NCBI GenBank assembly: GCA_046563655.1
Contig: CM102285.1
Location: 4,154,001-4,218,000 of the forward strand
DNA length: 64,000 nucleotides
Reading direction: 5' to 3'
DNA from: Yuukianura sp. NJ FZ-2021
Lineage: Eukaryota
The notes beneath the pieces were generated by a model, which saw only the letters and a program-made list of their open reading frames with translations, made no database searches and was not told the origin of the DNA. The stretch's first letter is position 1. Every line of letters starts with the position of its first letter. The position numbers were made by a program, and so were the translations under genes. Shown one piece after another: positions 63,472-64,000 of this stretch.

Positions 63472-64000
63472 CTGTAGTAAAAGCATAAAAAAATCGAAAT
63501 TGAGTACTGTGTATGCTAGGGTCAACTCTGTAAAAAAAAATTTTGATCCAAATTTCGAAACTTTTGAATCACATTATGGAATATGGAGCAAAAGAATAGT
63601 TTCAATGAATGCAAATCAAGTACAGGAAGCGCGCCAAGTCTTCCGCAATTTTTTTAAATGACAAAATTCCTGTGAAGAGTTTTCTTGAGGATTTTCTATT
63701 GAAATTGGTTTTACTTTGCCTCTAGATCCTGGCGCATTTCCAGTCACTGTAACTCAAATTCTATTATTTGGTTATGAAACGTTAGCTTCCAAAAATGTTT
63801 CAAAAATGTCCTCGGATGAAAAAATTTTGGATGAAAAAATTCTCTTTTGCGAACTTTCTATCTCCAGTTCGGGTTTTATGTGAGACGACGTTATGGGAAT
63901 GAATGAAGCATCGTGAATTTAAAATGTTTTTGTGACATAATTAGAAATTGATGCGGGACGCCAAGAAACTGTTCAAAAAATAATGCTGTGCTGTCTAATA

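Overview
This is AT-rich eukaryotic (arthropod) genomic DNA with GT-AG introns, not a prokaryotic locus. The long, divergent ionotropic-receptor genes suggest a springtail-like or other basal hexapod, which is inference only. All host genes lie on the minus strand. From left to right: (1) a 5'-truncated L1/Tx1-type LINE ORF2 (APE endonuclease plus RT) whose motifs share one frame, abutting a 29/41-bp satellite; (2) two tandemly duplicated, two-exon divergent ionotropic receptor (IR)-like genes of about 800 aa; (3) a six-exon signal peptide + FN3-like + ZP-N-like + TM gene of about 510 aa, mostly missed by the ORF track; (4) a complete three-exon oxytocin/vasopressin (inotocin)-type GPCR of 670 aa with a very long third intracellular loop; (5) a secreted Cys-rich gene with EB-like modules and LDLa repeats; (6) the 3' exons of a second, divergent OT/VP-type GPCR running off the right edge. 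Introns and intergenic DNA hold many non-autonomous DNA elements: hAT MITEs with 8-bp TSDs, a TA-TSD element with a nested foldback, a 1.3-kb palindrome, and Helitron/DINE-like elements. Exon models were built by hand from splice signals and phase matching. No database searches were run. No CRISPR array, rRNA or tRNA was recognised. The best leads are the two-receptor OT/VP cluster (CSSP vs CWAP in TM6) and the gene-conversion-like mosaic between the IR paralogs.
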